Origin: Candidatus Heimdallarchaeota archaeon
Lineage (GTDB): Archaea; Asgardarchaeota; Heimdallarchaeia; Heimdallarchaeales; Heimdallarchaeaceae
Length of the DNA stretch: 36,806 nt
Reading direction: 5' to 3'
Assembly (NCBI GenBank): GCA_021399395.1
Contig: JAAFKJ010000073.1
Coordinates: 1 to 36,806 of the forward strand
Within the stretch, counting starts at the first letter, position 1. Each line of letters begins with the position of its first letter. Below are positions 1 to 9,449 of this stretch, piece after piece. The notes below the pieces were generated by a model. The model was not told the origin of the DNA. It made no database searches and saw nothing but the letters and a program-made list of their open reading frames with translations. A program made the translations under genes and the position numbers.

Positions 1-16
1 AAATAACAATTTTATT

Positions 17-1918
17 ATGTATATTTTTATTTTGTTACTTTTAGTAAGTATTTCATCAAATTATAGGATAAATTCAGTTTTGAGTTCGGACGAAAATTCC
101 AATCTTTTTTCACCAACTCTCAATGTTGAAGATGCTGAATGGTCTCTGACAGAAGCAGTGAAATTGGGTACAGCCTCAGGTGATGCATTTGTTTACTCAT
201 TTGAGACTGATATTTCAGGTAATCTACATATATTCTGGAGTGTTCATGATGATGAAATATACTACAAAGTTAAATTTGCAGAGAATCTCTCTTGGTCTCT
301 TGATGAGATTGTAATATCAGAAAAGTACATAGATTATTCTATGACACTAGATTCAAATAACTCTATACATTTCGCATGGATAAATTCGTCTTTCGATATA
401 AATTATATGTATAGAAATTCCACTTCTGGGTCATGGTCTTCTCCTGTATTAGTAGATTTAGCGACAGTAGTGCATAGTTTAGAGATTGCAGTAGATATTT
501 ATGGAAACGTTCACTTCCTATGGGAAGAAATTGTTGAATATACTCCGGATGTTGAATATGGTAATTTTCTTAGATATCGAAAAAAGAATAATGATGACAC
601 TTGGACTTCTCCTTATGATTTTAGCGCAGTAATAGGCTATCCGGATAATAGTTCTCGTTATCAACTTGACATAATAACAGATAGTGAGGCTAATGTTCAT
701 ATTATATGCTCTGGTTTAAGCAATATTCTTATGCGAAGTTGGTACTATGAAACTTCAACATGGGGCGATTATAAAATTGTGAATGAAATAGATGGTAATT
801 ATGGTGGTGGATACAATCCAAAGATTGCAGTAGATATTTATGGAAGCGTTCATTGTATCTGGGATGATGTAGTGAATAATTACATGGGTTCTGGAGCTGA
901 TACAGACATCTTTCACAGGTATTGGAACATGACCTCTCAGAATTGGTCATCAATATTTATAGTTTCAACTGAAAGTTCTAGCTTATCTCAAAAAGCTTCA
1001 CTAGCTGTTGATGATTATGGTAATTTGTATACTGTTTGGGAAGAATATTGTGATCCGTACACAGAAATCTTCTTTAAAATTTGGTTGAATCATACCCAAA
1101 CTTGGACATCAGTTGAATTAGTTTCCTCTGAAAGTTCTGGAGAATCACTTCAACCTTTAATTGAAGTTGATAAATTCAGTAATGTTCATTGTGTGTGGAA
1201 CGATAACAGTCTATATGATGGAGGATCTGGATATTTCAATGTCTTTTATAAGTTTAAGGTAAATATTCCGAAACAACCAATCTTGACATGTATTCTTCCT
1301 AATCCTAGTAATAGTGGAATTATAAATTTAGATTGGTCTGATGTTGACAGTATTTTATATTATAACATTTATAGGTCAACATCGTTCATTTGGGAAATTG
1401 ACTCCCTTACACCTATTGGTACGAGTACGGCTAGTGAGTACATAGATGTTATAACATTGGATGGGAGTTATTATTATGTCATAGAAGCATACAGTCCTTT
1501 ATCTTCAGCTGTATCTCAATGCGTTTATGTTGAAGTAATCTTTCCACCTCTTGCTGCACCTGTATTAGAACCTATAATGCCCAATCCCTCAAATAACAAT
1601 TCTGTAACTTTGAACTGGAACGATATTCCTGATGCCATCGAATACATGGTTTATCGCTCAACAAGTTTCATCTCTGATATTAATGGACTCACAGTATTAG
1701 ATACTACTGAAGCAAATACATATACAGATACTTTAACATCAACTGGGATGTATTATTATGTTATTGTTGCATATGATGGTTCAGAATATAGCACAATTTC
1801 TAATTGTCATTATGTTTACTACGAACAACCTGAAGAAACAAGTTTAGGTGTAAGTCTGATAGCTATATTGGGAATAATGGGATTACTTTCAATATATAGA
1901 TTGGAAAAGAAAGGATGA
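17..1918 (+). CDS. Secreted/cell-surface protein: beta-propeller-like repeats, two fibronectin-III-like domains, C-terminal TM anchor
   Basis: N-terminal hydrophobic signal; recurring blade motif D-x-x-G/N-x-[VL]-H-x-x-W (DISGNLHIFW, DSNNSIHFAW, DIYGNVHFLW, DIYGSVHCIW, DKFSNVHCVW); duplicated ~90-aa module PNPSN..L[DN]W.D...Y.[IV]YRSTSFI...YYYVI; hydrophobic tail followed by RLEKKG. Confidence 0.7.
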   Translation: MYIFILLLLVSISSNYRINSVLSSDENSNLFSPTLNVEDAEWSLTEAVKLGTASGDAFVYSFETDISGNLHIFWSVHDDEIYYKVKFAENLSWSLDEIVISEKYIDYSMTLDSNNSIHFAWINSSFDINYMYRNSTSGSWSSPVLVDLATVVHSLEIAVDIYGNVHFLWEEIVEYTPDVEYGNFLRYRKKNNDDTWTSPYDFSAVIGYPDNSSRYQLDIITDSEANVHIICSGLSNILMRSWYYETSTWGDYKIVNEIDGNYGGGYNPKIAVDIYGSVHCIWDDVVNNYMGSGADTDIFHRYWNMTSQNWSSIFIVSTESSSLSQKASLAVDDYGNLYTVWEEYCDPYTEIFFKIWLNHTQTWTSVELVSSESSGESLQPLIEVDKFSNVHCVWNDNSLYDGGSGYFNVFYKFKVNIPKQPILTCILPNPSNSGIINLDWSDVDSILYYNIYRSTSFIWEIDSLTPIGTSTASEYIDVITLDGSYYYVIEAYSPLSSAVSQCVYVEVIFPPLAAPVLEPIMPNPSNNNSVTLNWNDIPDAIEYMVYRSTSFISDINGLTVLDTTEANTYTDTLTSTGMYYYVIVAYDGSEYSTISNCHYVYYEQPEETSLGVSLIAILGIMGLLSIYRLEKKG

Positions 1919-2072
1919 TGTAACCTTTTTCCTTTCATTTTTTTCTGCCTTACATCTTTCTAATCTACCTTATTGTAAACCTCCTTTTCAGATGGGGTTC
2001 TTAGTAAGAAGGGTCCCCCTAAATTTCGAGTGGAAGAAAATAATTAGTAAAAACAATCTATCTAGAAATTAA

Positions 2073-3116
2073 TCAATCTGTTTCAAAAACTGGAACAGAT
2101 ACCGTTATTCTTGTACCAACCACATCACCGAGTCTTTTTACATATTCGATTTTAAGTCTCATTTCGTATCTATCTAACATGTTCTGTGTTACTGCCACGT
2201 CAAGTTTCTTTCTATCTAGGGCTGCGATTTCAAGAATTTCTGTTTTAGCATCTGTTGAAAGAACAACTCCTTCAAAGTGCATCTTGATATTCACTTTGTA
2301 ACTCTGAGGTTTTGTCACATAAATTTCAACTTTGATTTTCTCATCAGTATACTCTAGCATACGAACTATAAGATTTACAAAAACCCTGTACATGTATTCA
2401 TCACCGAGTACAATCAAATCTTCAAGATGTGTGATTTCAGCTGTTATTTGTTTAGAGAAGAAGTTGGTAAGGTACCTTATGCTATGCGCCAGGATATCTG
2501 ACACTTTTTGTTTAGATAAAGGTCTTTCTTCTTGAATTAGTAAGTTGATATTTGCATTTTGAACAAGATAAATCGAACGTACCATCATTTCGCGCATTTT
2601 TTCTAACAGTTGTTCAGCTGTTTCTCCTTTCCACTCTTCCTGTTTGTATAATCGTTTAAAGAAATCTAGATAACCTATCTCTGCATGAAGGTTATTGAGA
2701 AGATCATGTTGGAAGAGTTCAAAAAAGAATCTTCTTTGGGCAGTTACTTCGATCATATCTTTTATGTCTCGACATAGAAAAACTAAGTAACTAGAATTCT
2801 CAGTTTTAATTAGTGTGGCTGAGACATGGAAAGGAATTTCTTTTTTATCCTTTGTAATAAAAGTGAACTGATCCATTTTAGATCCTTCTAAAATCGTTGA
2901 ATCAAGAAATTCTTTGAATGCTCTAGATTCTTTTACGAATTTCCTCAGTTTATGCTTCTGAAGATTCTTCAAAGTTGTTCCTAAATATCTAAGAGATTGG
3001 ATATTAGAATCAAGTATTGTTCCATCAGTATCGACTACAAAAATCATATCCATACTATTTTGAAATATGATATCAAATGTTTCTTGGAACAATATTGCTT
3101 CGTCTTCCGGATTCAT
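2073..3116 (-). CDS. PAS-domain sensor protein with HisKA-like H-box and degenerate HATPase domain
   Basis: PAS signature (DMIFVVDTDGTILDSN...TKDKKEIPFHVSA..I......CRDI); H-box-like QHDLLNNL; N-box-like VFVNLI; no DxGxG or GxGL boxes visible. Confidence 0.65.
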   Translation of the reverse strand: MNPEDEAILFQETFDIIFQNSMDMIFVVDTDGTILDSNIQSLRYLGTTLKNLQKHKLRKFVKESRAFKEFLDSTILEGSKMDQFTFITKDKKEIPFHVSATLIKTENSSYLVFLCRDIKDMIEVTAQRRFFFELFQHDLLNNLHAEIGYLDFFKRLYKQEEWKGETAEQLLEKMREMMVRSIYLVQNANINLLIQEERPLSKQKVSDILAHSIRYLTNFFSKQITAEITHLEDLIVLGDEYMYRVFVNLIVRMLEYTDEKIKVEIYVTKPQSYKVNIKMHFEGVVLSTDAKTEILEIAALDRKKLDVAVTQNMLDRYEMRLKIEYVKRLGDVVGTRITVSVPVFETD

Positions 3117-3196
3117 GGAGTAAAACTCCTAGCAAATATTTACTTCAAATGTAAACACATATTTTATTATTCTTCATATATAAAAAAGTTGGCAAA

Positions 3197-3796
3197 CTAA
3201 TACCAAACATCTTTAAGTTTTAACCAATATGCAGCGATGTTAACAATGAAATGTATCACTGGTGTTATTATAATCAGGGTTACAATATAGAACCATAAGT
3301 AATATGCACCCCAAGTAAAGGGTAGTGCTAGTAATATTCCTGTGACTACCCATGACCCTTGATCATATAACGGTAGTGCTCCACCTGATGGTATATTCAT
3401 TCTACGTTTAATGAACGAACCGGCTAAGTCTGCTGCGTGATCCCCTATGCTCATGAAGAAACCTACATACCAGGGATAGACTGGATAGCCTGTTGTTGAA
3501 GTCCCTAATGAGAGAAACTTATCATCAATTTCAAGTAAGTTGTATTTGAAGAAACAGAAATACCATATTAATACTCCAGTTACAGTACCTGCAATGATAC
3601 CAAAGATTATTCCTCTCCAAGTTTTGTGATCTCCAAAAACTCTCCTACCATCCTTCCAGTTTTTATTGAAATCTACAGGAGAACCTAAAAATGGTATGAA
3701 TTTACTCAAGTTAGCAAATGAGTTACACATATAGATTGGTAAACCATATAGAAGGGCATAGCCAACAAATAGGAAAAAGGAAAAAGTTTGCGCCAT
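3197..3796 (-). CDS. carS: CDP-archaeol synthase (CDP-2,3-bis-O-geranylgeranyl-sn-glycerol synthase)
   Basis: Family motifs PVDF...DGRRVFGDHKTWRG, GD..DL.GSFIKRR...G..LP..DQ; multi-pass membrane protein of ~200 aa. Confidence 0.9.
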   Translation of the reverse strand: MAQTFSFFLFVGYALLYGLPIYMCNSFANLSKFIPFLGSPVDFNKNWKDGRRVFGDHKTWRGIIFGIIAGTVTGVLIWYFCFFKYNLLEIDDKFLSLGTSTTGYPVYPWYVGFFMSIGDHAADLAGSFIKRRMNIPSGGALPLYDQGSWVVTGILLALPFTWGAYYLWFYIVTLIIITPVIHFIVNIAAYWLKLKDVWY

Positions 3797-3937
3797 GAAA
3801 GTTGCATTATTTGAATAAATTTAAAGATTTTGTATAATTTATCTGTGAATTTCATGTTTTTTGCGGATAATAGTAAGAAAAGATTAATATTTGCCAAACA
3901 TTTTAGACTACCATAAACACATCTGAGGTCTTATTTA

Positions 3938-4843
3938 GTGAGTAATAAATCTGGCAGAAGGAAAATCGATTATGAATGTAATCTTTGTAAGAAAACAAGG
4001 ATACTTTTTGTTCTGCCATCTTTGCATCACAGTGTTGATGAGAGAGGTTATGTCGAATATGTTGATATTCATCCCTGTTCTGATGATAAGCTAAATGCCA
4101 ATATTCTATATGTTGACAGAAATATGGTTGTACGATCTCAAGTTCCAGTTCGTGTTGGTGATAATGTTTCAAAGCAAGACATCACTGCCATGCAAATACC
4201 AGTACCTAAAAAAGTAGACTTCAAAGCAGTAAAAATAATTTTAGAGAAAGATTTCAAAGGTAAAAATATCAAAGAAGTAACGATAATTGATAGACTGAGA
4301 CAGACTCACTTCCAAACATCAAAAAAAGTAGATAAATTTACAATAGAAATTTCTTCAGAACTTCAGTTTATTGACATTAAAGCAAAACTAAGTAGAGGGG
4401 TTGATTTAGATATTGCTGAAGATTGGTTAAAGCAAGTTGCTTCAATACTTGAGTCCGTTGTACTTCTTGATGAAGAGATGTTATCTTACATGATTTCCTA
4501 TCTCGATCCAAAAATACCAACAGGTCCTACTGGTGAGACTATTATCGAATTAGACATGATACTACATGCTAAGAGTTCCTTCCCCCTAGCATCTTTAAAA
4601 TCTTATGCGACATTTAGAAGACAATGGCCTTCAATTAGAGGTGATCTTTCAGGAAAAGATTTCTTCACCTATGAAAAGTTGCTAACATATTGTATAGGTA
4701 ATCAATACAAGACACTTCTTGATATCTACTTCAAGGCTGAACAATCTATGAATTTTCTAACTTTCATTGATAGAGTTGAAGATCTTTCAATGCTAGGATT
4801 GATTAATATTAAGAAAACTGAATTTTATACAGCTGATGATTAA
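3938..4843 (+). CDS. Hypothetical soluble protein with N-terminal putative Zn-binding motif
   Basis: 301-aa ORF (GTG start) with C-x-x-C (ECNLCK) and a later H-x-C (IHPC); no recognisable catalytic motif. Confidence 0.6.
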   Translation: MSNKSGRRKIDYECNLCKKTRILFVLPSLHHSVDERGYVEYVDIHPCSDDKLNANILYVDRNMVVRSQVPVRVGDNVSKQDITAMQIPVPKKVDFKAVKIILEKDFKGKNIKEVTIIDRLRQTHFQTSKKVDKFTIEISSELQFIDIKAKLSRGVDLDIAEDWLKQVASILESVVLLDEEMLSYMISYLDPKIPTGPTGETIIELDMILHAKSSFPLASLKSYATFRRQWPSIRGDLSGKDFFTYEKLLTYCIGNQYKTLLDIYFKAEQSMNFLTFIDRVEDLSMLGLINIKKTEFYTADD

Positions 4844-4889
4844 TTTTTTTCTAGAAAGAGATATTAACCATTGTTTTTCATTACAGTTG

Positions 4890-6059
4890 ATGAATCCTCT
4901 TGCAGCTCATTTATCCAATTTTCAAGAATCAGTAATCCGTGAAATGACAAGAAAAGCCATTGAACATAACGCAGTTAATTTATCTCAAGGGATGCCAGAT
5001 TATGCACCTCCAGCTATATTGTTAGAAGGAATAGATGAAGCTCTTAAGGAAAATGACCACCAATATTCTATTACATATGGACGAAAAGATCTAAGAGAAA
5101 AAATTTCTGACAAACTAGAAAACTACAATGACGTTCTCTATGATTCAGAAAATGAAATCACAATTACTTGTGGTGCAAGTGAAGCAATCGCAAGCAGTAT
5201 GTTAGCTATTCTAAATCCCTCTGATGAAGTGCTCATTCTAGAACCTCATTATGAGAATTATGTTCCTTTGACCTATCTGAGTGGGGCCAAACCTCGATTT
5301 GTTAAACTTGGACAGAATGACTTTAAATTGGATGAGGAAGCCTTTAAAGAAAGCATCAATGACAAAACCAAAGCTATTTTCATCAACACTCCTCATAATC
5401 CAACAGGAAGAGTTTTCTCAAAAGATGAACTCTTGTTTCTCTCTGATTTCTGTAATGATAATGATCTGATAGCTGTCACTGATGAAATTTATGAGTACAT
5501 AATTTATGATGGTTTAAAACACATAAGTCCTGCAAGTATTGATGAAATGTTTGATAGAACAATAACAATTTCTGGGTTCAGTAAAACTTTTTCAATTACA
5601 GGATGGAGATTAGGGTATGTCGCTGCTGAGAAACAGCTGATGAGTGGTATAAGAAAAGTACATGATTATCTAACAATTTGTGCACCATCATTGCTTCAGA
5701 CAGCTGTTCTGAAATCTTTTGATTTGGGGAAAGAATATTACACTAAATTAAGAAAGAGATATCAGATAAACAGAGATTATTTATTTGATAATTTATCAGA
5801 ATTGGGGATGTATCCTATCAATCCTAAAGGTGCTTATTATCTTCTAGCAAATGTATCAGAATTTAGCCATAGTGATATTGAATTTGCTGATTTCTTAGTA
5901 CGAGATCAAGGAGTTGCTACTGTTCCAGGATCAAGTTTTTATCAGAAAAACAGTTCAAATACTGATACTCAAAAATATGTAAGATTCTCTTTTTCACACA
6001 AACTAGAAACTTTACAAGAAGCAGTTACAAGAATTGAACAGAAATTAAAAGAAAAATAA
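4890..6059 (+). CDS. PLP-dependent aminotransferase class I/II
   Basis: NLSQGMPD, NTPHNPTG, DEIYE, SGFSKTFSITGWRLGY (PLP lysine), VRFSF. ATG at 4890 (MNPLAAHL) preferred over 4836, which overlaps the upstream gene. Confidence 0.92.
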   Translation: MNPLAAHLSNFQESVIREMTRKAIEHNAVNLSQGMPDYAPPAILLEGIDEALKENDHQYSITYGRKDLREKISDKLENYNDVLYDSENEITITCGASEAIASSMLAILNPSDEVLILEPHYENYVPLTYLSGAKPRFVKLGQNDFKLDEEAFKESINDKTKAIFINTPHNPTGRVFSKDELLFLSDFCNDNDLIAVTDEIYEYIIYDGLKHISPASIDEMFDRTITISGFSKTFSITGWRLGYVAAEKQLMSGIRKVHDYLTICAPSLLQTAVLKSFDLGKEYYTKLRKRYQINRDYLFDNLSELGMYPINPKGAYYLLANVSEFSHSDIEFADFLVRDQGVATVPGSSFYQKNSSNTDTQKYVRFSFSHKLETLQEAVTRIEQKLKEK

Positions 6060-6071
6060 AAAAAGAAGAGA

Positions 6072-7415
6072 TTATCTCTTTCTTCTTCTGATTATTGGTA
6101 TAGCAATAATTGCAGATAGCATAAGATAGAACCAGTTGAAACCAGGTAAAGTTCGAGTTTCATTTGTATCTGTTATGACAGAACCATCGATATTCAAAGT
6201 AGAATTATCTGGAGCGAATTCCATTACGAAATCAACCATTCCTGGGATGTTGACATCTAAAGTTGAAACGATTCCTGAATCAGTATTTATATCAAAAGCT
6301 ACGTCCCAATCATCTCCTTCTCCTGTTGCTAATTCAAATTCCAGATGCATATTTGTACCTAAAGTACTAATAACTGTAGATGAAACATCTGGATCATTGA
6401 TTTCACGAAGTTGATGAATATCTTCCATTGGGACAAGAGTTCCGTTGTATAGAGAAGCTGATAGTGGATTGATCATTGTTAACCAAATAATTGATTGAGC
6501 TCTGTTTTCAGAAGATGAAGGTACGTCTTCTTCTTCGTAGAATACATCAAAGAAACTTGGATCTGGCCCATAATATCCAGTTGGATCAGTTGGTATAGCA
6601 GCAAGATATTCGAATGTGATAATACCGCCTACTGTTGCATTTTGAGTTTCAGTAATTGGCATAAAACCATCACCAGAAACATCAAATGCTAGATCTGTAA
6701 ATTCCCAAGCGAGAACTGTTCCAGCGCCTAGATTTGCATGCCAATCAAGTGTATTATCAATTGTTACACCAGAGTCATCTATATCAGATTCCCATATATC
6801 TAATTGGCAAAACATTTCACCAAAATCATCCTCTATAAAGAAATCAGCAGCAATTCCTGTTTGATTGTTATATGTTATCACAAAGGAATCTAGAAAATCA
6901 TTGAATATAGCAACTCTAACATAATTGGCACCTACCATATTATAACTGATTGAGGTTACATTAGGATCTAAAGATGCTCTATGTTCTAAGAGCTGAGTAA
7001 TATTGAGTGTATTACCTGAAGCTGCTTCGTTGAAGAGGTAAGGAATAACCATATATTGCAATGCAAAGGAAGGTTCATCTTCAGTGAAATCGAAAAATGA
7101 AACTTCTTGGTAATTTACGATTAACTTAAGGAAGGTTGGTGGCATATCAGTTCCATAAACATCATCATAGAGAGTGGGCAAGGTATCGTTTATTTCAAAT
7201 GCCATAACACTACCAAGGACAAGATCTACACCTGCTAGTGATGGTGGTTGTAAAGAATCAAAAAGATATTGATCTACTATTCTCCAAGCAATCACCTGAT
7301 CATCCAAACTAGAATGCCATACAACAGTATCGGCTAGTGCTTGTGTCTGCAATGGGATCATTGAACCCATTAAAATCATTGTAACTAATAAGGAGTAAAT
7401 TGTTTTTTTATTCAT
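6072..7415 (-). CDS. Secreted acidic surface protein with internal two-fold repeat and PGF-CTERM-like sorting signal
   Basis: Signal peptide; two similar halves (VVWHSSLDDQVIAWRIVD / LDWHANLGAGTVLAWEFTD; YNNQTGI / INTDSGI); C-terminus LPGF + TM + RRRKR, as in archaeosortase substrates. Confidence 0.7.
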   Translation of the reverse strand: MNKKTIYSLLVTMILMGSMIPLQTQALADTVVWHSSLDDQVIAWRIVDQYLFDSLQPPSLAGVDLVLGSVMAFEINDTLPTLYDDVYGTDMPPTFLKLIVNYQEVSFFDFTEDEPSFALQYMVIPYLFNEAASGNTLNITQLLEHRASLDPNVTSISYNMVGANYVRVAIFNDFLDSFVITYNNQTGIAADFFIEDDFGEMFCQLDIWESDIDDSGVTIDNTLDWHANLGAGTVLAWEFTDLAFDVSGDGFMPITETQNATVGGIITFEYLAAIPTDPTGYYGPDPSFFDVFYEEEDVPSSSENRAQSIIWLTMINPLSASLYNGTLVPMEDIHQLREINDPDVSSTVISTLGTNMHLEFELATGEGDDWDVAFDINTDSGIVSTLDVNIPGMVDFVMEFAPDNSTLNIDGSVITDTNETRTLPGFNWFYLMLSAIIAIPIIRRRKR

Positions 7416-7544
7416 AATATGTGAACCCCCATAGTTCAGAAGAAAATTACTACATTTTATCTAATAAAGCTATGGTTTAAAGCAAGATATGCTGTGATAA
7501 ATACAATTTTATAAATGTCTATTGTCAGACTGATTTGAACACAG

Positions 7545-8474
7545 ATGTCATCAGATGTAATTCTTCAAGTCTCTAACCTAACAAAGATCTATGGTAGAGA
7601 AGTAAACCTGAAAATCAAGAAACTTGGTAGAAAAGTCACTGGTGCTGAAGATGTTTCCTTTACAGTAAATAAAGGAGAAATTTTCGGATTTCTCGGTCCA
7701 AACGGTTCTGGAAAGACTACAACTATGCGTTCTATCCTTGATTATTTAAATATTCAAGATGGTGAAATTACTGTCTTTGGACTTGACCATCATAAAGATT
7801 CTTTAGCTATTAGAAAGAGAATAGGATATGTTCCCGGTGATATGGCACTTTATGATAATTTTACTGGAAATGAACTCATCAATTATTATGGATACTTTAG
7901 ACCGAATAATGCAAAATTTCTAAAGAAATTAAAGAAGAATTTCAAAGTTGATTTGAGTTTAAAAATTCGAGCTCTTTCTTCTGGTAATAGGCAACAGGTT
8001 GGAATAATTGCAGCATTAGCTTCAAAACCAGATCTGTTAATTTTGGACGAACCAACATCTGGCTTGGACCCTTTGATGACTTCGAAATTTCATCATATTC
8101 TAAAGCAGTTGAGAAAGGAAGAAGTAACAATTTTTCTAAGTTCTCATGATCTAGCAGAAGTTCAGTCTATTTGCGATAGAGTTGCTATAATTAAAGAAGG
8201 AAAAATTGTTCTCGTAGAAAAGATTATTGATTTAAAAAGCAAATTTCTACAAAACATCAATATAAATTTCTCAAAAGATTCAGTTCCTGATGAATCATTC
8301 TTCGAAGATTTATCTTATATAACAAATATTGAAAAAATAAATGATACCTCATTCAAGCTACAGCTCAAAGAAAACATAAACGAGCTACTGAAAACACTTT
8401 CAAAATATAAAATTATTCGCTTGACTATAGAAGATGCTAATCTTGAGGAGATTTTTCTACATTATTATCAATAG
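7545..8474 (+). CDS. ABC-2 type exporter ATP-binding subunit
   Basis: Walker A GPNGSGKTT, signature LSSGNRQQ, Walker B LLILDEPTSGLDP, H-loop SSH. Confidence 0.95.
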   Translation: MSSDVILQVSNLTKIYGREVNLKIKKLGRKVTGAEDVSFTVNKGEIFGFLGPNGSGKTTTMRSILDYLNIQDGEITVFGLDHHKDSLAIRKRIGYVPGDMALYDNFTGNELINYYGYFRPNNAKFLKKLKKNFKVDLSLKIRALSSGNRQQVGIIAALASKPDLLILDEPTSGLDPLMTSKFHHILKQLRKEEVTIFLSSHDLAEVQSICDRVAIIKEGKIVLVEKIIDLKSKFLQNININFSKDSVPDESFFEDLSYITNIEKINDTSFKLQLKENINELLKTLSKYKIIRLTIEDANLEEIFLHYYQ

Positions 8475-8483
8475 GTGGTTTGA

Positions 8484-9377
8484 ATGTTAAGAGTATTTGT
8501 TAAAAATTTTAAGAAGAATTGGAAAAGTGGTTTAATCCCTCCACTAATTGTGGCAATTATGATCCCACTCATTGCTTCTATCTGGCCCCAATTAGAAGTA
8601 GCTTCTGAGGTTTTCAAAACAATTTTGTCAAATCCAGCGTACAAAGCATTTCTTGGGTCTCTAGGTTTTGTAGATATTAGTAAATGGGAAGGAATGTTTT
8701 ACATGTACCTCTTTATCTGGATGGAGATGATTATGTTGTTCATTGTCATATTCTTTCCATCTAGAATGATTACTACTGAAGTTGATAAGAAGACCCTAGA
8801 TATGTCATTAAGTTTACCTATACCTAGATGGAAATATCTACTTGAGAAATTTATGGTATATCTAACTTACAATCTACTTTATCCACTATTTATTCTATTA
8901 TCAGCTTACCTCTCTACAGTTTCTCTTGTAGGTTCGGGGAATAGTGCAGGCCTAAATTATATTACACTCACTTATTCCGTCATAGGTGTATGGATGTGGT
9001 ATTTTGCTCTTGGTGCAATATCTCTTCTGTGCGGAGCTATATTTCTAGAATCAAGAAAAGCAAATTCAGCAGCAGCACTGATAGTTGGAGGAATGTACAT
9101 AATAGTCAGAATAGGAGGAATGGTTGATAGTCTATCGTGGTTACAATATTTCTCAGTATTCCATTATATGTCCGCAGGAAGCATATTTCAATTAGATCCC
9201 ACGCTCTTTGCAGCAAGTGATTTTGTGTCAGCTTTTCCGCACATTCCAGCTGCGAGTACGCATCAATTACACTTAGTAACTTTTCCTGTAGGTGATTTCT
9301 TTATACTATTAGGTATCGGACTAGCTGCTCTTATTGGAGCGTTAATAGTCTTTCAAAAAAGAGAGCTAACCTATTAA
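8484..9377 (+). CDS. ABC-2 type exporter permease
   Basis: About six TM segments; motif EVDKKTLDMSLSLPIPRWKYLLEK typical of ABC-2 permeases; ends FQKREL; 9 bp after the ATPase gene. Confidence 0.88.
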   Translation: MLRVFVKNFKKNWKSGLIPPLIVAIMIPLIASIWPQLEVASEVFKTILSNPAYKAFLGSLGFVDISKWEGMFYMYLFIWMEMIMLFIVIFFPSRMITTEVDKKTLDMSLSLPIPRWKYLLEKFMVYLTYNLLYPLFILLSAYLSTVSLVGSGNSAGLNYITLTYSVIGVWMWYFALGAISLLCGAIFLESRKANSAAALIVGGMYIIVRIGGMVDSLSWLQYFSVFHYMSAGSIFQLDPTLFAASDFVSAFPHIPAASTHQLHLVTFPVGDFFILLGIGLAALIGALIVFQKRELTY

Positions 9378-9449
9378 CTCGAAGAATTGAGAGGACTCCA
9401 TAAGAATAAATAATAATAGTCTTATATAGAGTTTCAATTTATACTTTCA

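Noticed and set aside
1994-2019. GC-rich hairpin GGGG-TTCTT-AGT-AAGAA-GGGT-CCCC between convergent genes
   Set aside because: Single copy and short; compatible with a terminator or chance, so it is not called as an ncRNA or repeat.
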